From positions 11,564 through 75,563 of the forward strand of contig CAMTXC010000006.1 in assembly GCA_947085635.1 (NCBI GenBank): 64,000 nt of DNA. The letters are read 5' to 3'. Below are positions 44,901-53,870 of the stretch, one piece after another; within the stretch, counting starts at the first letter, position 1; every line of letters begins with the position of its first letter. This stretch comes from an uncultured Actinomycetes bacterium (lineage in GTDB: Bacteria > Actinomycetota > Thermoleophilia > RBG-16-64-13). Below the pieces are notes generated by a model. That model made no database searches. It was not told where the DNA came from and saw nothing but the letters and a program-made list of their open reading frames with translations. The position numbers and the translations under genes were made by a program.

Positions 44901-45857
44901 ATGAGTAGTTCTGGCGGAAGACGGTATGTGAGGGCGGCGCTTGTGGTACTGACCTCCTTGGCGTTGGTGCTCCTGCTCAGTCCGGCAGCGTTGGCCGCCG
45001 GGATGTCGGCTTCATCGATGAAGGTATCGATTTGGCCCGAGTATGACGACCCCCGCGTGTTGGTGATATACCAGGCGGAACTCGATGAATCGGTGCAGCT
45101 TCCCGTGGACGTGACGTTCAATGTGCCGAAGGGAGCCGAAGTCGCGATGGCGTGCGAGGTCGACCCATCGGACGGACATTCCTGCAAGCCTTTCGAACTC
45201 GTCGACCAAGGCGACTATCAGAGCCTCACCTACAAGGTGGAGACCCAGCGGAAGGTCTTCTTCGAGTACTACTACGATGCCTTCCCGGTCGGGCAGACGC
45301 TGCGCGAGTTCGATGTGCCTCTTCGCCTCACCTTTCCGGTGACCGAGCTGACCGTCGAGGTGCAGGAACCCGCACGATCGAGCGGGTTCGTTCTGAACCC
45401 CGACTTCCCCCGGCAGACGCAGGATTCCAAGGGGATCACGTACCATCTCCAGACAATCGCGTCTCCCGCTCTTGATGAGCCTGTGACGGTTGGTATCTCG
45501 TACAGCAAGCAGGACTCCGATCCGTCGGTGGCGCCTTCGTCTGATGGTTCCGCACCGACCCCGGCCGCCGCCGGTGGAAGCGTTGGTTTTTCCAACGGTA
45601 AGACCTTCGCCTTCCTCGTGGTGATCGTGGGTATCGGCGCGCTCGGCCTGGGGGGCTACAGTGTGCTCCGGCCCCGCCCAGCGGTGGCCCGGAGCCGAGC
45701 TGCGACCCCGAATAGGAGAACCTCGAGGCCGGTGCGCGAGGTCCAAGGCGGCGACGTCAGGTCGGCTCGTGGGCAAGGCAAGTTCTGCACTCATTGCGGC
45801 GAGAAGATAGGTGGGCGCGACCGCTTCTGCCCCGACTGTGGCAACGAGCAAGGCTGA
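44901..45857 (+). CDS. Secreted-domain / single-TM / cytoplasmic zinc-ribbon protein, paralog 2
   Basis: Same architecture and shared motifs (IWPEYDD, FEYYYD, ISYSK, FCTHCG..RFCPDCG). ATG 44901 follows GAGGGGA. The ORF-track start is 44856. Confidence 0.7.
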   Translation: MSSSGGRRYVRAALVVLTSLALVLLLSPAALAAGMSASSMKVSIWPEYDDPRVLVIYQAELDESVQLPVDVTFNVPKGAEVAMACEVDPSDGHSCKPFELVDQGDYQSLTYKVETQRKVFFEYYYDAFPVGQTLREFDVPLRLTFPVTELTVEVQEPARSSGFVLNPDFPRQTQDSKGITYHLQTIASPALDEPVTVGISYSKQDSDPSVAPSSDGSAPTPAAAGGSVGFSNGKTFAFLVVIVGIGALGLGGYSVLRPRPAVARSRAATPNRRTSRPVREVQGGDVRSARGQGKFCTHCGEKIGGRDRFCPDCGNEQG

Positions 45858-45893
45858 TCAGGTGCGTGCACGCGACCTCGACGGGCTGCCGGC

Positions 45894-46478
45894 ATGAAGA
45901 TGCGCCCCCTGATTACCGCTTTAGTGCTTGCCGTGGTGGGCGCTTTGGCCGTGTGGTCCTTCTGGGCCAACGTGCTGGACCCGCACCCCGCGGGTGCCCC
46001 GAGCGCTGCGGCGCCTAGCTCCGCGCCCCCGAGCTCGGCGCCCCCCGCGGAGAGCTCGCCGCTGCCGCCGGCGCTCGCCGGCCTGCTTCTCGTAGCCGAG
46101 TTGAGCGGAGAGCAGGGCCTCGCCTCCGTTGAGCAGCTTCACGGCAAGGCGCTCGGCAAGGGCTTGGACGCGGCGTGGGTGGGTGAGTACGAGAGCCAAC
46201 AAGGTCGTGCCACCCTGTGGGTGAGTAGGTCTGTGCGTGAGATAGACGCAGAGGACCTGCTGGTACGCATGACCGATCGAATCATGGAGGGAGGCTCACC
46301 TTTTTCCCAGCCGGTGCCGATTGAAATGCAGGGCGTGCCGGCATACCGGCTGGAAGGTATGGGCCAGGTGCACTACTACTTTCGGTCGGACGGCTACGTC
46401 TATTGGCTGGGAATCGACGCCCCGTTGGCCGAGGGCGGCCTCGGCGAGTTGGTCGCCGCTGCCAAGGCGGTGAAGTGA
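45894..46478 (+). CDS. Hypothetical membrane-anchored/secreted protein
   Basis: N-terminal TM or signal sequence, Pro/Ser/Ala linker, globular domain. No family recognised. Confidence 0.55.
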   Translation: MKMRPLITALVLAVVGALAVWSFWANVLDPHPAGAPSAAAPSSAPPSSAPPAESSPLPPALAGLLLVAELSGEQGLASVEQLHGKALGKGLDAAWVGEYESQQGRATLWVSRSVREIDAEDLLVRMTDRIMEGGSPFSQPVPIEMQGVPAYRLEGMGQVHYYFRSDGYVYWLGIDAPLAEGGLGELVAAAKAVK

Positions 46479-46543
46479 GATATGGACGGCGTGAAACGTA
46501 AACTGCGAGATGCGGTGGTCGTCGAGCGAAGGAGCGGGTCGCG

Positions 46544-47005
46544 GTGACGGAATCGAATGCGGCGCCCGTGGCGGTGGGCGGTTCGAGGCGCAGGTGGAAG
46601 ATGATCGCGGGCGCGGTCGTGCTCGCGCTTGCCGCGGGCTGGTTGTTGCTCTACGTGACGGTGGGAGGCGACTTCTACATGACCGTGGGCGAACTCGAGG
46701 AAGCCGGCGACGCCGCCAACGTGCGAGTGGGCGGGCAGGTTGTGCCGGATAGCGTCACCCAAATGGGAGATACGGCTACCTTCACGATACGGGATGATTC
46801 GGGCGCTGCTCTCGACGTGATCTACACCGGAGCCTTCCCCGAGCGTTTGCGGTCGTACGAATACGTCGTGGCCACGGGTTCTGTGCAGCCCGGCGGTCCC
46901 TTCGAGGCTGTGGAGGTTCTGGTAAAATGCCCCGACAAGCTCTTTGCTGAGAAACTCACCAATGGCGTCCTCGGTGGAGTGGGTCTCGAAAGGGTCCTCT
47001 ATTGA
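46544..47005 (+). CDS. ccmE: CcmE heme chaperone paralog 1 (Cys variant, KCPDKLF)
   Basis: N-terminal TM helix, OB-fold-like core (VRVGGQV...). Cys sits at the position of the heme-binding His. Confidence 0.75.
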   Translation: MTESNAAPVAVGGSRRRWKMIAGAVVLALAAGWLLLYVTVGGDFYMTVGELEEAGDAANVRVGGQVVPDSVTQMGDTATFTIRDDSGAALDVIYTGAFPERLRSYEYVVATGSVQPGGPFEAVEVLVKCPDKLFAEKLTNGVLGGVGLERVLY

Positions 47006-47081
47006 GCACTCCATCTCTCATTCCCGCTGTGCCTCACGAGATCACCGGCCGGTCGTTGTCGTTCCCGGAAGGGGTAGTCGC

Positions 47082-47504
47082 ATGGAGTCAAAGAAGCTGA
47101 AGTTTCTGGTGGGCGGTGTTGTGATCATAGGAGCGATCGCTACGCTGGCCTTCTTCGCGGTCCGCGAGAACATGGTGTACTACTACACGGTCACGGAGAT
47201 GCTCGACAAGGGCCGGTCGGCGAACGTGCGCGTGGCGGGCGACTTGGTCAGCGGAACCCTTGTCAAGGGCGGAGTGGGCGAGCCCATCGAGTTCGAGATC
47301 TACGACAAGGAAGCCACGGAGAACACGCTGTTCATCAAGTACACGGGCGCTGTGCCCGACACGTTCGTGGACGATCCGAACCAGCCGGTGGAGGTCGTCG
47401 TAGAAGGGGACTATCTTTCGGACGGTACCTTCGCTGCAGACTTCCTCATGGCGAAGTGCCCGAGCAAGTACGAGAGTGCGGAGAGCGCGGCCGCGGGGAA
47501 GTAA
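47082..47504 (+). CDS. ccmE: CcmE heme chaperone paralog 2 (CxxxY variant, KCPSKY)
   Basis: N-terminal TM helix, VRVAGDLV core, C-P-S-K-Y motif. Confidence 0.8.
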   Translation: MESKKLKFLVGGVVIIGAIATLAFFAVRENMVYYYTVTEMLDKGRSANVRVAGDLVSGTLVKGGVGEPIEFEIYDKEATENTLFIKYTGAVPDTFVDDPNQPVEVVVEGDYLSDGTFAADFLMAKCPSKYESAESAAAGK

Positions 47505-47629
47505 CCGGTCGGACGGGTGCGCCTCGACCATGGGGGCGCATCGTATTCTCGGGACGATGGACAAGTGGAGTCGCTGGCTGACGCCGTCGTACGTCGACGG
47601 CACATGAAAGGCACGGAGGATCAACCTAT

Positions 47630-49633
47630 ATGAATCAGATCGGCTATTCGGCGCTGTTGCTGGCGGTTCTCACCTCGGCCTTCGGGTTGATCGCGCCGCT
47701 GGTCGCGGTGCGCACCGGGAGTCGGGGTTGGTTGAAGAGCGCCGAAAGGAGCGTGTACGGACTGTGCGCGGTCTCGTTGGTCGCGTCGGCCGCGCTCGTA
47801 TACGCGCTCATGACGCGTGACTACACGAACGAGTACGTCTATAACTACACGTCGAACGAGCTCTCGTGGTTCTACACCCTCTCGGCCTTCTGGGCCGGGA
47901 ACTCCGGTTCGATGCTGCTGTGGCTGGTGATTCTCGCCGTCTTCGCGGCTGTGGTCGTATGGCAGAACCAGGCCAAGAACAGGGAGATCCTGCCGTACGT
48001 GATCTCGATCCTGATGTCCATCGCACTCTTCTTCTCCCTCATGATGACGGCTTCCCGGGGGTCGAACCCCTTCGCGATGGTGCCTGCGGGCGTCTTCCCG
48101 GCCAACGGTTCGGGCCTGAACCCCATGCTGGAGAACCCGGGTATGGTGGCGCACCCCATCACCCTCTTCCTGGGCTATGTGGGCTTCGCGGTTCCATACG
48201 CCTTCGCGATGGCCGCTCTTATTACAAGGAGGCTCGGCGACTTCTGGATCCGCTCTACGCGACGCTGGACCGTCTTCGCCTGGATATTCCTTACGATCGG
48301 CAACATCGTGGGCGCGTGGTGGGCTTACGTGACGCTCGGCTGGGGCGGATACTGGGCGTGGGATCCCGTGGAGAACGCCTCCTTCATGCCGTGGGTCACC
48401 GGCACAGCCTTCCTTCACTCTGTGATGATCCAGGAGAAGAAGGACATGCTGAAGGTGTGGAACATCGTGCTCATAGTGCTCACCTTCTCGCTGACCATCT
48501 TCGGCACGTTCCTCGTCAGGTCAGGCGTCGTAAGCTCGGTTCACAGCTTCGGCCAGAGCAGCCTGGGTTTCTTCTTCCTGGGCTTCCTGGGGCTGATTCT
48601 CGTGTTCTCGCTGAACCTGCTGTTTAGCCGCCTCGACATGCTCAAATCTCGCAACGAGTTGGATAGTTTCGTGTCGCGTGAATCGAGCTTCCTGCTCAAC
48701 AACCTGCTCCTAGTGGGCATAGCGATGACCGTGCTTTGGGGCGTGCTCTTCCCGATCATCAGCGAAGCCGTCACCGGCAACAAGGTGACGGTGGGCCCTC
48801 CGTTCTTCGATCAGGTGATCGCGCCCATCGGCTTGGTTCTCATGTTCGTTACCGGCATATGCCCCCTGATCGCCTGGCGCCGCGCAACCTTGGCCAACCT
48901 CCGCAAGAACCTCATGGTCCCCGGTGTCACGGCGATCGTGGTCCTGGTGGCCCTCATCGCGACAGGGATGCGCCACACGTACGCGATCATCAGCTTCACT
49001 CTCTGCGCCTTCGTGGTTACCACCGTGCTCATGGAGTTCGCCCGCGGTGCGTGGGTGCGGCGGGAGATGTCGGGGGAGAACCTCGCCAAGGCGCTCGTGT
49101 CGCTCACGTGGCGCAACAAACGGCGTTACGGCGGCTACATCGTGCACATCGGGGTCATCTTGTTTCTTTTCGGAGTCACCGGCTCGTATGCGTTCAAACA
49201 GCAGGAATCGCGCACGATCACCAAGGGTGAGTCCATCTCGGTGGGAGGGTACGAGGTTACTTACGATAGCTTCGACTCGTACGACACCACCGAGAAGCGT
49301 GTGGGTACCGTCACGTTCACGGTGGCCGAGAACGGGCGGTTCCTTGGGACAGTGGCTCCGCGCAAGGAGTATTACTTCGCGAAGGATCAGCCGTGGACGC
49401 GGATCGACCGCAACGTCACTCTGACGCGCGACGTGTACGTGTCCCTACTCGACTACTCGGCCGAGACCGGCGAGGCCAACGTCGAGGTTCGCATCAATCC
49501 TCTGGTGAGCTGGTTGTGGATCGGGGGGATCGTGATGGTGCTTGGCGGTATTGTCGCCATTTGGCCTGACAAGCGCGACGCCCAACGTCTGGCGGCTCGC
49601 TATGAAAGACAAGTGAGGCTCCATGAGATCTAA
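47630..49633 (+). CDS. ccmF: Cytochrome c-type biogenesis protein CcmF (heme lyase)
   Basis: WGGYWAWDPVEN WWD motif and about 15 TM helices. Confidence 0.9.
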   Translation: MNQIGYSALLLAVLTSAFGLIAPLVAVRTGSRGWLKSAERSVYGLCAVSLVASAALVYALMTRDYTNEYVYNYTSNELSWFYTLSAFWAGNSGSMLLWLVILAVFAAVVVWQNQAKNREILPYVISILMSIALFFSLMMTASRGSNPFAMVPAGVFPANGSGLNPMLENPGMVAHPITLFLGYVGFAVPYAFAMAALITRRLGDFWIRSTRRWTVFAWIFLTIGNIVGAWWAYVTLGWGGYWAWDPVENASFMPWVTGTAFLHSVMIQEKKDMLKVWNIVLIVLTFSLTIFGTFLVRSGVVSSVHSFGQSSLGFFFLGFLGLILVFSLNLLFSRLDMLKSRNELDSFVSRESSFLLNNLLLVGIAMTVLWGVLFPIISEAVTGNKVTVGPPFFDQVIAPIGLVLMFVTGICPLIAWRRATLANLRKNLMVPGVTAIVVLVALIATGMRHTYAIISFTLCAFVVTTVLMEFARGAWVRREMSGENLAKALVSLTWRNKRRYGGYIVHIGVILFLFGVTGSYAFKQQESRTITKGESISVGGYEVTYDSFDSYDTTEKRVGTVTFTVAENGRFLGTVAPRKEYYFAKDQPWTRIDRNVTLTRDVYVSLLDYSAETGEANVEVRINPLVSWLWIGGIVMVLGGIVAIWPDKRDAQRLAARYERQVRLHEI

Positions 49634-50192
49634 CATGCATGCCGGGCGCCGAATGGTTCGCGCCACAGCCAAGGTGGCTACTGCCAAGGTAGCCGCACGG
49701 CCGGCGTTCGCCCGGCTCACAGCGCTGCTGGGGGCCGTAGTCATCGCCGTCGCCGCGTTACTGTTCATCGCAGCGCCCGCCTTTGCAGTACCGCCGGTAT
49801 CGAGTGTGGCCGACCAGCTCATCTGCCAGTGTGGGTGCGCCGCGGTGCTCACTGATTGCCCACACCAGGAGTGCGGCTGGGGTATCCCGGCCAAGCAGTA
49901 CATCGGCCAGCAGCTGGAGGCCGGCCGGTCGCCGGAGGCCCTCGTGCAATACTACGTGGAGGAATACGGCGAACAGGTGCTCGCCGCTCCCACGAAGCGG
50001 GGCTTCAACATGGTGGCGTGGGTGGCACCCTTCGCCGCGCTCATCATCGGAGCCGTGGCCGTGTACTTCCTAATCGGTATGTGGGCGCGGCGTAACGGCT
50101 CAGATGTGGAGGAGGTGCCGTTTCGTGAGGTCGGCCTCGCTCCTGAAGATCTGGAACGCAGGCTCGATAATGAGCTGCGGGAGTTCGATTGA
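49623..50192 (+). CDS. ccmH: CcmH/NrfF-like protein, Cys-rich variant
   Basis: Signal peptide, LICQCGCAAVLTDCPHQEC, C-terminal TM helix. Overlaps the end of ccmF. Confidence 0.65.
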   Translation: MRSNMHAGRRMVRATAKVATAKVAARPAFARLTALLGAVVIAVAALLFIAAPAFAVPPVSSVADQLICQCGCAAVLTDCPHQECGWGIPAKQYIGQQLEAGRSPEALVQYYVEEYGEQVLAAPTKRGFNMVAWVAPFAALIIGAVAVYFLIGMWARRNGSDVEEVPFREVGLAPEDLERRLDNELREFD

Positions 50193-50253
50193 GCGGCGGC
50201 CTGTGTGTCCGGTGCGTTAGGCGGGTCGCGTCGATTGTCGGCAGCGCGAAGGA

Positions 50254-50874
50254 GTGATGCTGAAGGTGTTCGAGATGCTGATTCAGGTGATACTGGCTTT
50301 GTCGGTCGTGGCCTTCATCGGCTACCCGCTCCTCAGGGCCGCGCAGACGGGCGAGGCCGAAGCACAGCCACTCTCCGAGGAGTTGGAGGACCTTCTCAGC
50401 AAGAAGGAGTCCACGTACTCCGCTTTGAAGGAACTCGAGTTCGATTTCAAGATGGGCAAGCTGTCCGAGAAAGACTACGTGGAGATCGACGCGCGCTATC
50501 GCGATGATGCCCTGGAGATACTCGGGGCGATTGAGGAGGCGGAGAAGGGATCACCCTCAGATGGTTCTGGCGCCCCTCGCCGCACCAAGAAAGCCCGACC
50601 ACAGGTGGAAAGCCGCCCACCGACGATCGCGAGGCCGAAGCCCGCGAAGGCGACCACCATCGGAAAGACGGCAGCGACTGTCACCTGCGCCGACTGCGGT
50701 CGCGAGAACCCGCCGGGTTCCCGCTTCTGCGCCTCGTGTGGTGTGGATCTCGAGGAGGCTTCGGCGAATGCAGACGCGGGCGGCTCCGACGAGCTCGTCT
50801 GCGACGAGTGCGGGCGTGACGTGGCAGCCGATCACCGGTTCTGCGCCGGCTGTGGCGCGGAGGTGGAGGCCTGA
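50254..50874 (+). CDS. CcmI-like N-terminal TM segment fused to a coiled-coil region and a double zinc ribbon
   Basis: ILALSVVAFIGYPLLR resembles the CcmI N-terminus. The C-terminus has CADCG..RFCASCG and CDECG..RFCAGCG. Confidence 0.6.
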   Translation: MMLKVFEMLIQVILALSVVAFIGYPLLRAAQTGEAEAQPLSEELEDLLSKKESTYSALKELEFDFKMGKLSEKDYVEIDARYRDDALEILGAIEEAEKGSPSDGSGAPRRTKKARPQVESRPPTIARPKPAKATTIGKTAATVTCADCGRENPPGSRFCASCGVDLEEASANADAGGSDELVCDECGRDVAADHRFCAGCGAEVEA

Positions 50875-50942
50875 GATCACCGGTCGTCGAGGAGACGGGT
50901 GGGGACCGGGCCATCCTGGGCGGCACGTCCGGGGGCCGGGAC

Positions 50943-51662
50943 TTGGCCATTCGCGTGAAGGGTCTGTGGAAGTACTTCGATCACTTCCCGGCGATCCGCG
51001 GGCTCGACGTGGAGTTGGAGCTCGGGCGGTTCCTCACGGTGTTCGGACCCAACGGGGCCGGCAAGACCACCCTCATCAAGGTGCTCTCCACCCAGATCGG
51101 GCCGTCGCAGGGCCAGGTCGAGGTGGGGGGGTGCGTGCTTCCCGGTCAGGCGGACCGCCTGCGCCGGCGTGTGGGAGTGATCTCGCACAACACCTACCTC
51201 TACCCGAACTTGACGGCGCGGGAGAACCTGACGTTCTTCGGGCGCATGTACCGGGTGCCCGATCTCGAGGAACGCATCAAGATGCTCCTGGAAGAGGTCG
51301 GCCTGAGCGGCCGCCGCGACGACCTCGTGCGCACCTACTCGAGGGGCATGCAACAGCGGCTCTCCATCGCGAGGGCGCTTCTGCACGACCCCGATATCAT
51401 GTTCCTCGATGAGCCCTACACGGGGCTCGACCAGCATGCCTCGAGGATGTTGCGCGACGTTCTGAAGACGCTCCATACCGGCGAACGCACACTCGTGATG
51501 ACTACCCACAACATCGAGCAGGGTCTCGAGATGTGCGACGAGGTGGCCATCCAGGTGCGGGGGCGCCTTGTCTTCAGAGAGAACGTGGCCGCCATCGACA
51601 GGGCGGCCTTCGAACAGACCTATTTCGATCACGTGGGCAAGGACTTCCGTTGGGATTCCTGA
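50943..51662 (+). CDS. ccmA: Heme exporter ABC ATPase CcmA
   Basis: Walker A (GPNGAGKT), signature YSRGMQQR, Walker B (MFLDEP). Start is uncertain (TTG 50943 or GTG 50955). Confidence 0.85.
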   Translation: MAIRVKGLWKYFDHFPAIRGLDVELELGRFLTVFGPNGAGKTTLIKVLSTQIGPSQGQVEVGGCVLPGQADRLRRRVGVISHNTYLYPNLTARENLTFFGRMYRVPDLEERIKMLLEEVGLSGRRDDLVRTYSRGMQQRLSIARALLHDPDIMFLDEPYTGLDQHASRMLRDVLKTLHTGERTLVMTTHNIEQGLEMCDEVAIQVRGRLVFRENVAAIDRAAFEQTYFDHVGKDFRWDS

Positions 51663-52327
51663 GCCAAGCCTGGATCATCGCCCGCAAGGACATCATCGGG
51701 GAGCTCCGCACTCGGGAGACGATCCTCTCCATGCTGCTCTTCGGCTTCCTGGTGATCCTGATCTTCAACTTCGGCATCGAGCCGGGGCTGCGGGAAGAGA
51801 ACCTCGTGAAACCCGGTGTGCTCTGGGCGGCGTTCACCTTTGCCGGCATCCTCGGCCTCAACCGAAGCTTCATAGCCGAGAAAGAGAACGACTGCCTGCA
51901 GGGCCTGCTGCTCTGCCCGGTGGACCGCTCAGTCATCTACCTCGGCAAGTTCTTCGGGAACTTCATCTTCACCCTGAGCATGGGCCTGGTGGTGTTCCTG
52001 TTTTTCTCGGTGCTTTACAACGTGAACCTGGCGCAGGTGGCACTGCCTCTAGGCGCCATCCTCGTGCTCGCGACCATCGGCTTCGCCGCGGTCGGCACGC
52101 TATTCGCGGCGGTATCGGTGGGCCTGAAGACGCGCGACGTGATCCTCTCGATCCTCCTCTTCCCGGTGATGGTGCCCGTGGTGCTCGCCGCCGCGAAGTC
52201 GTCGGGGCGGGTGCTCGACGGCGTTCCGCTGGCCGGCGCCGGTCTGTGGCTCGCCTTGCTGGTGGTCTATGATGTGATATTCCTGACGGTGTCCATCATG
52301 CTGTTCGACTATGCGGTGGAAGAATGA
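51650..52327 (+). CDS. ccmB: Heme exporter membrane protein CcmB
   Basis: Six TM helices with CcmB-like motifs (FNFG, LLCPV). TTG start overlaps the end of ccmA. Confidence 0.8.
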   Translation: MGFLSQAWIIARKDIIGELRTRETILSMLLFGFLVILIFNFGIEPGLREENLVKPGVLWAAFTFAGILGLNRSFIAEKENDCLQGLLLCPVDRSVIYLGKFFGNFIFTLSMGLVVFLFFSVLYNVNLAQVALPLGAILVLATIGFAAVGTLFAAVSVGLKTRDVILSILLFPVMVPVVLAAAKSSGRVLDGVPLAGAGLWLALLVVYDVIFLTVSIMLFDYAVEE

Positions 52328-53124
52328 TGACGACCGTGTCTGGAGGGATTACCGTGGAGCACGACACGCAGGCGGCCGTCGCGGGTGGAGGATCCTCCGG
52401 CGGCGGTGTGACCACTGCAACGACCCCCCCTCTGCCTGACTCGGGGCGCACCCTCTGGTTCGACATCCTGGGCGTGGCGGCCATTGTCTCGGTGCTCGTG
52501 GCGCTCTACGGCGCCATCGTCTGGGCCCCTACCGAGGCGGTCATGGGCCACGTGCAGCGCATCTTCTACTTCCACATGCCGAGCGCCTGGGTGGCGTTGG
52601 GGCCCGCGTTCACCATCGTCTTCATCTGCAGCATCGTGTACCTCGTGAAGAAAGACCTGCGCTACGACCGGATAGCGGGGGCTTCCGCGGAGCTGGGAGT
52701 GCTCTTCACCACGATCACTCTTCTCACCGGACCCCTGTGGGCCAAGCCCATTTGGGGCGCCTACTGGACCTGGGATCCGCGTCTCACCACCACGCTGGTC
52801 CTGTGGTTCATCTACGTGGCCTACCTCATGCTCCGGTCCTCTATCACCGAGGGACACAGGCGCGCCCGACTCTCGGCTGTGTTCGGCATCGTCGGGTGGA
52901 TCGACGTGCCGATCGTCTTCATGTCGATCCGGTGGTGGCGAACGATCCACCCCACCTTGGTCACCGGGGAAGGCATGAACCTCGACAGCTCGATGCAGGC
53001 CGTGCTCCTATTCTCCCTAGGCGCCATCACTCTCCTGTATGTGTTCCTTCTCGTCGTGCGGGTCCGTCAGCTTGACATGGGCTCGCGCATCGATCGTCTT
53101 CGTCAACAATTCCACCTGCGCTAG
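52324..53124 (+). CDS. ccmC: Heme exporter protein CcmC
   Basis: WGAYWTWDPRL WWD motif. ATGA overlap with ccmB. Confidence 0.9.
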   Translation: MMTTVSGGITVEHDTQAAVAGGGSSGGGVTTATTPPLPDSGRTLWFDILGVAAIVSVLVALYGAIVWAPTEAVMGHVQRIFYFHMPSAWVALGPAFTIVFICSIVYLVKKDLRYDRIAGASAELGVLFTTITLLTGPLWAKPIWGAYWTWDPRLTTTLVLWFIYVAYLMLRSSITEGHRRARLSAVFGIVGWIDVPIVFMSIRWWRTIHPTLVTGEGMNLDSSMQAVLLFSLGAITLLYVFLLVVRVRQLDMGSRIDRLRQQFHLR

Positions 53125-53135
53125 GAGTCTTCTGC

Positions 53136-53279
53136 ATGAGTGAGCTAGGTTTCCTGTTCGCCGGTTACGCCGTGGTGTGGGTCGCTCTCGGAGGGTACAT
53201 GCTCGCTGTCGGCCGTCGCCAGTCCACGCTGCGGCGTGAGATCGCCCGGCTCGAACAGGAGTTCAACAGCGGGGAGTGA
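53136..53279 (+). CDS. ccmD: CcmD-family small membrane protein (47 aa)
   Basis: Below the ORF-track cutoff. TAGGAG Shine-Dalgarno site, a single TM helix (FAGYAVVWVALGGYML), then a basic and coiled tail. Confidence 0.65.
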   Translation: MSELGFLFAGYAVVWVALGGYMLAVGRRQSTLRREIARLEQEFNSGE

Positions 53280-53348
53280 GCCGGTACGAACCGTCGGTCC
53301 TGTCTTCTCCCCGGACGATCGCGAGGCCGCGGGGCTCTTGCTGTGCCC

Positions 53349-53365
53349 TACTACGACTGGTAGTA
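53349..53365. promoter_or_regulatory. Operator-like inverted repeat TACTAC-N5-GTAGTA (putative autoregulatory site)
   Basis: Perfect 6-5-6 inverted repeat 33 nt upstream of the BlaI-like gene. Confidence 0.55.
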
Positions 53366-53397
53366 TTCGAGCACATCGGGGAGGAAGGTGGTTGCCC

Positions 53398-53835
53398 ATG
53401 GACGGAGCGGTGAATCTCAACACGGGTCAAGAAGGTCTGCGTCAGGTACTCGGCGAGCTCGAGGCCGAGATCATGGAGCGCATGTGGGATCGCGGCTCTT
53501 CGTCGGTGCGCGATATCTACGAATGTCTCGCCGAGAGGCGTGAGATCGCATACACCACGGTCATGACGGTGATGGGCAGGCTGGCCGACAAGGGCCTGCT
53601 CAGCCGCAGGCAGCAGGGCCGGGCCTATCTGTACAGCCCATCGGAGACGCGTGGTTCGTTCTGCGCCGGAGTCGTGCGGAGTGTGGTGGAGGGTCTCTTC
53701 GGGGGCGCGAACCGCCCCGTGCTCGCCCACTTCGTGGAGCAGCTGTCGGAGGAGGACGGAGCCGATCTCGACATGCTTGCCGCCATCATCGATGAGAAGC
53801 GCCGGGAGCGGCGATCATCGACACCTTTGGCCTGA
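53398..53835 (+). CDS. BlaI/MecI/CopY-family winged-helix transcriptional repressor
   Basis: E.EIM..W, Y.TV.T...RL..KG motifs. ATG follows GGGGAGGAAGG. Confidence 0.85.
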   Translation: MDGAVNLNTGQEGLRQVLGELEAEIMERMWDRGSSSVRDIYECLAERREIAYTTVMTVMGRLADKGLLSRRQQGRAYLYSPSETRGSFCAGVVRSVVEGLFGGANRPVLAHFVEQLSEEDGADLDMLAAIIDEKRRERRSSTPLA

Positions 53836-53870
53836 CAGTCACCTACGCGCTCATCCTGGCCGGGCCTTGG

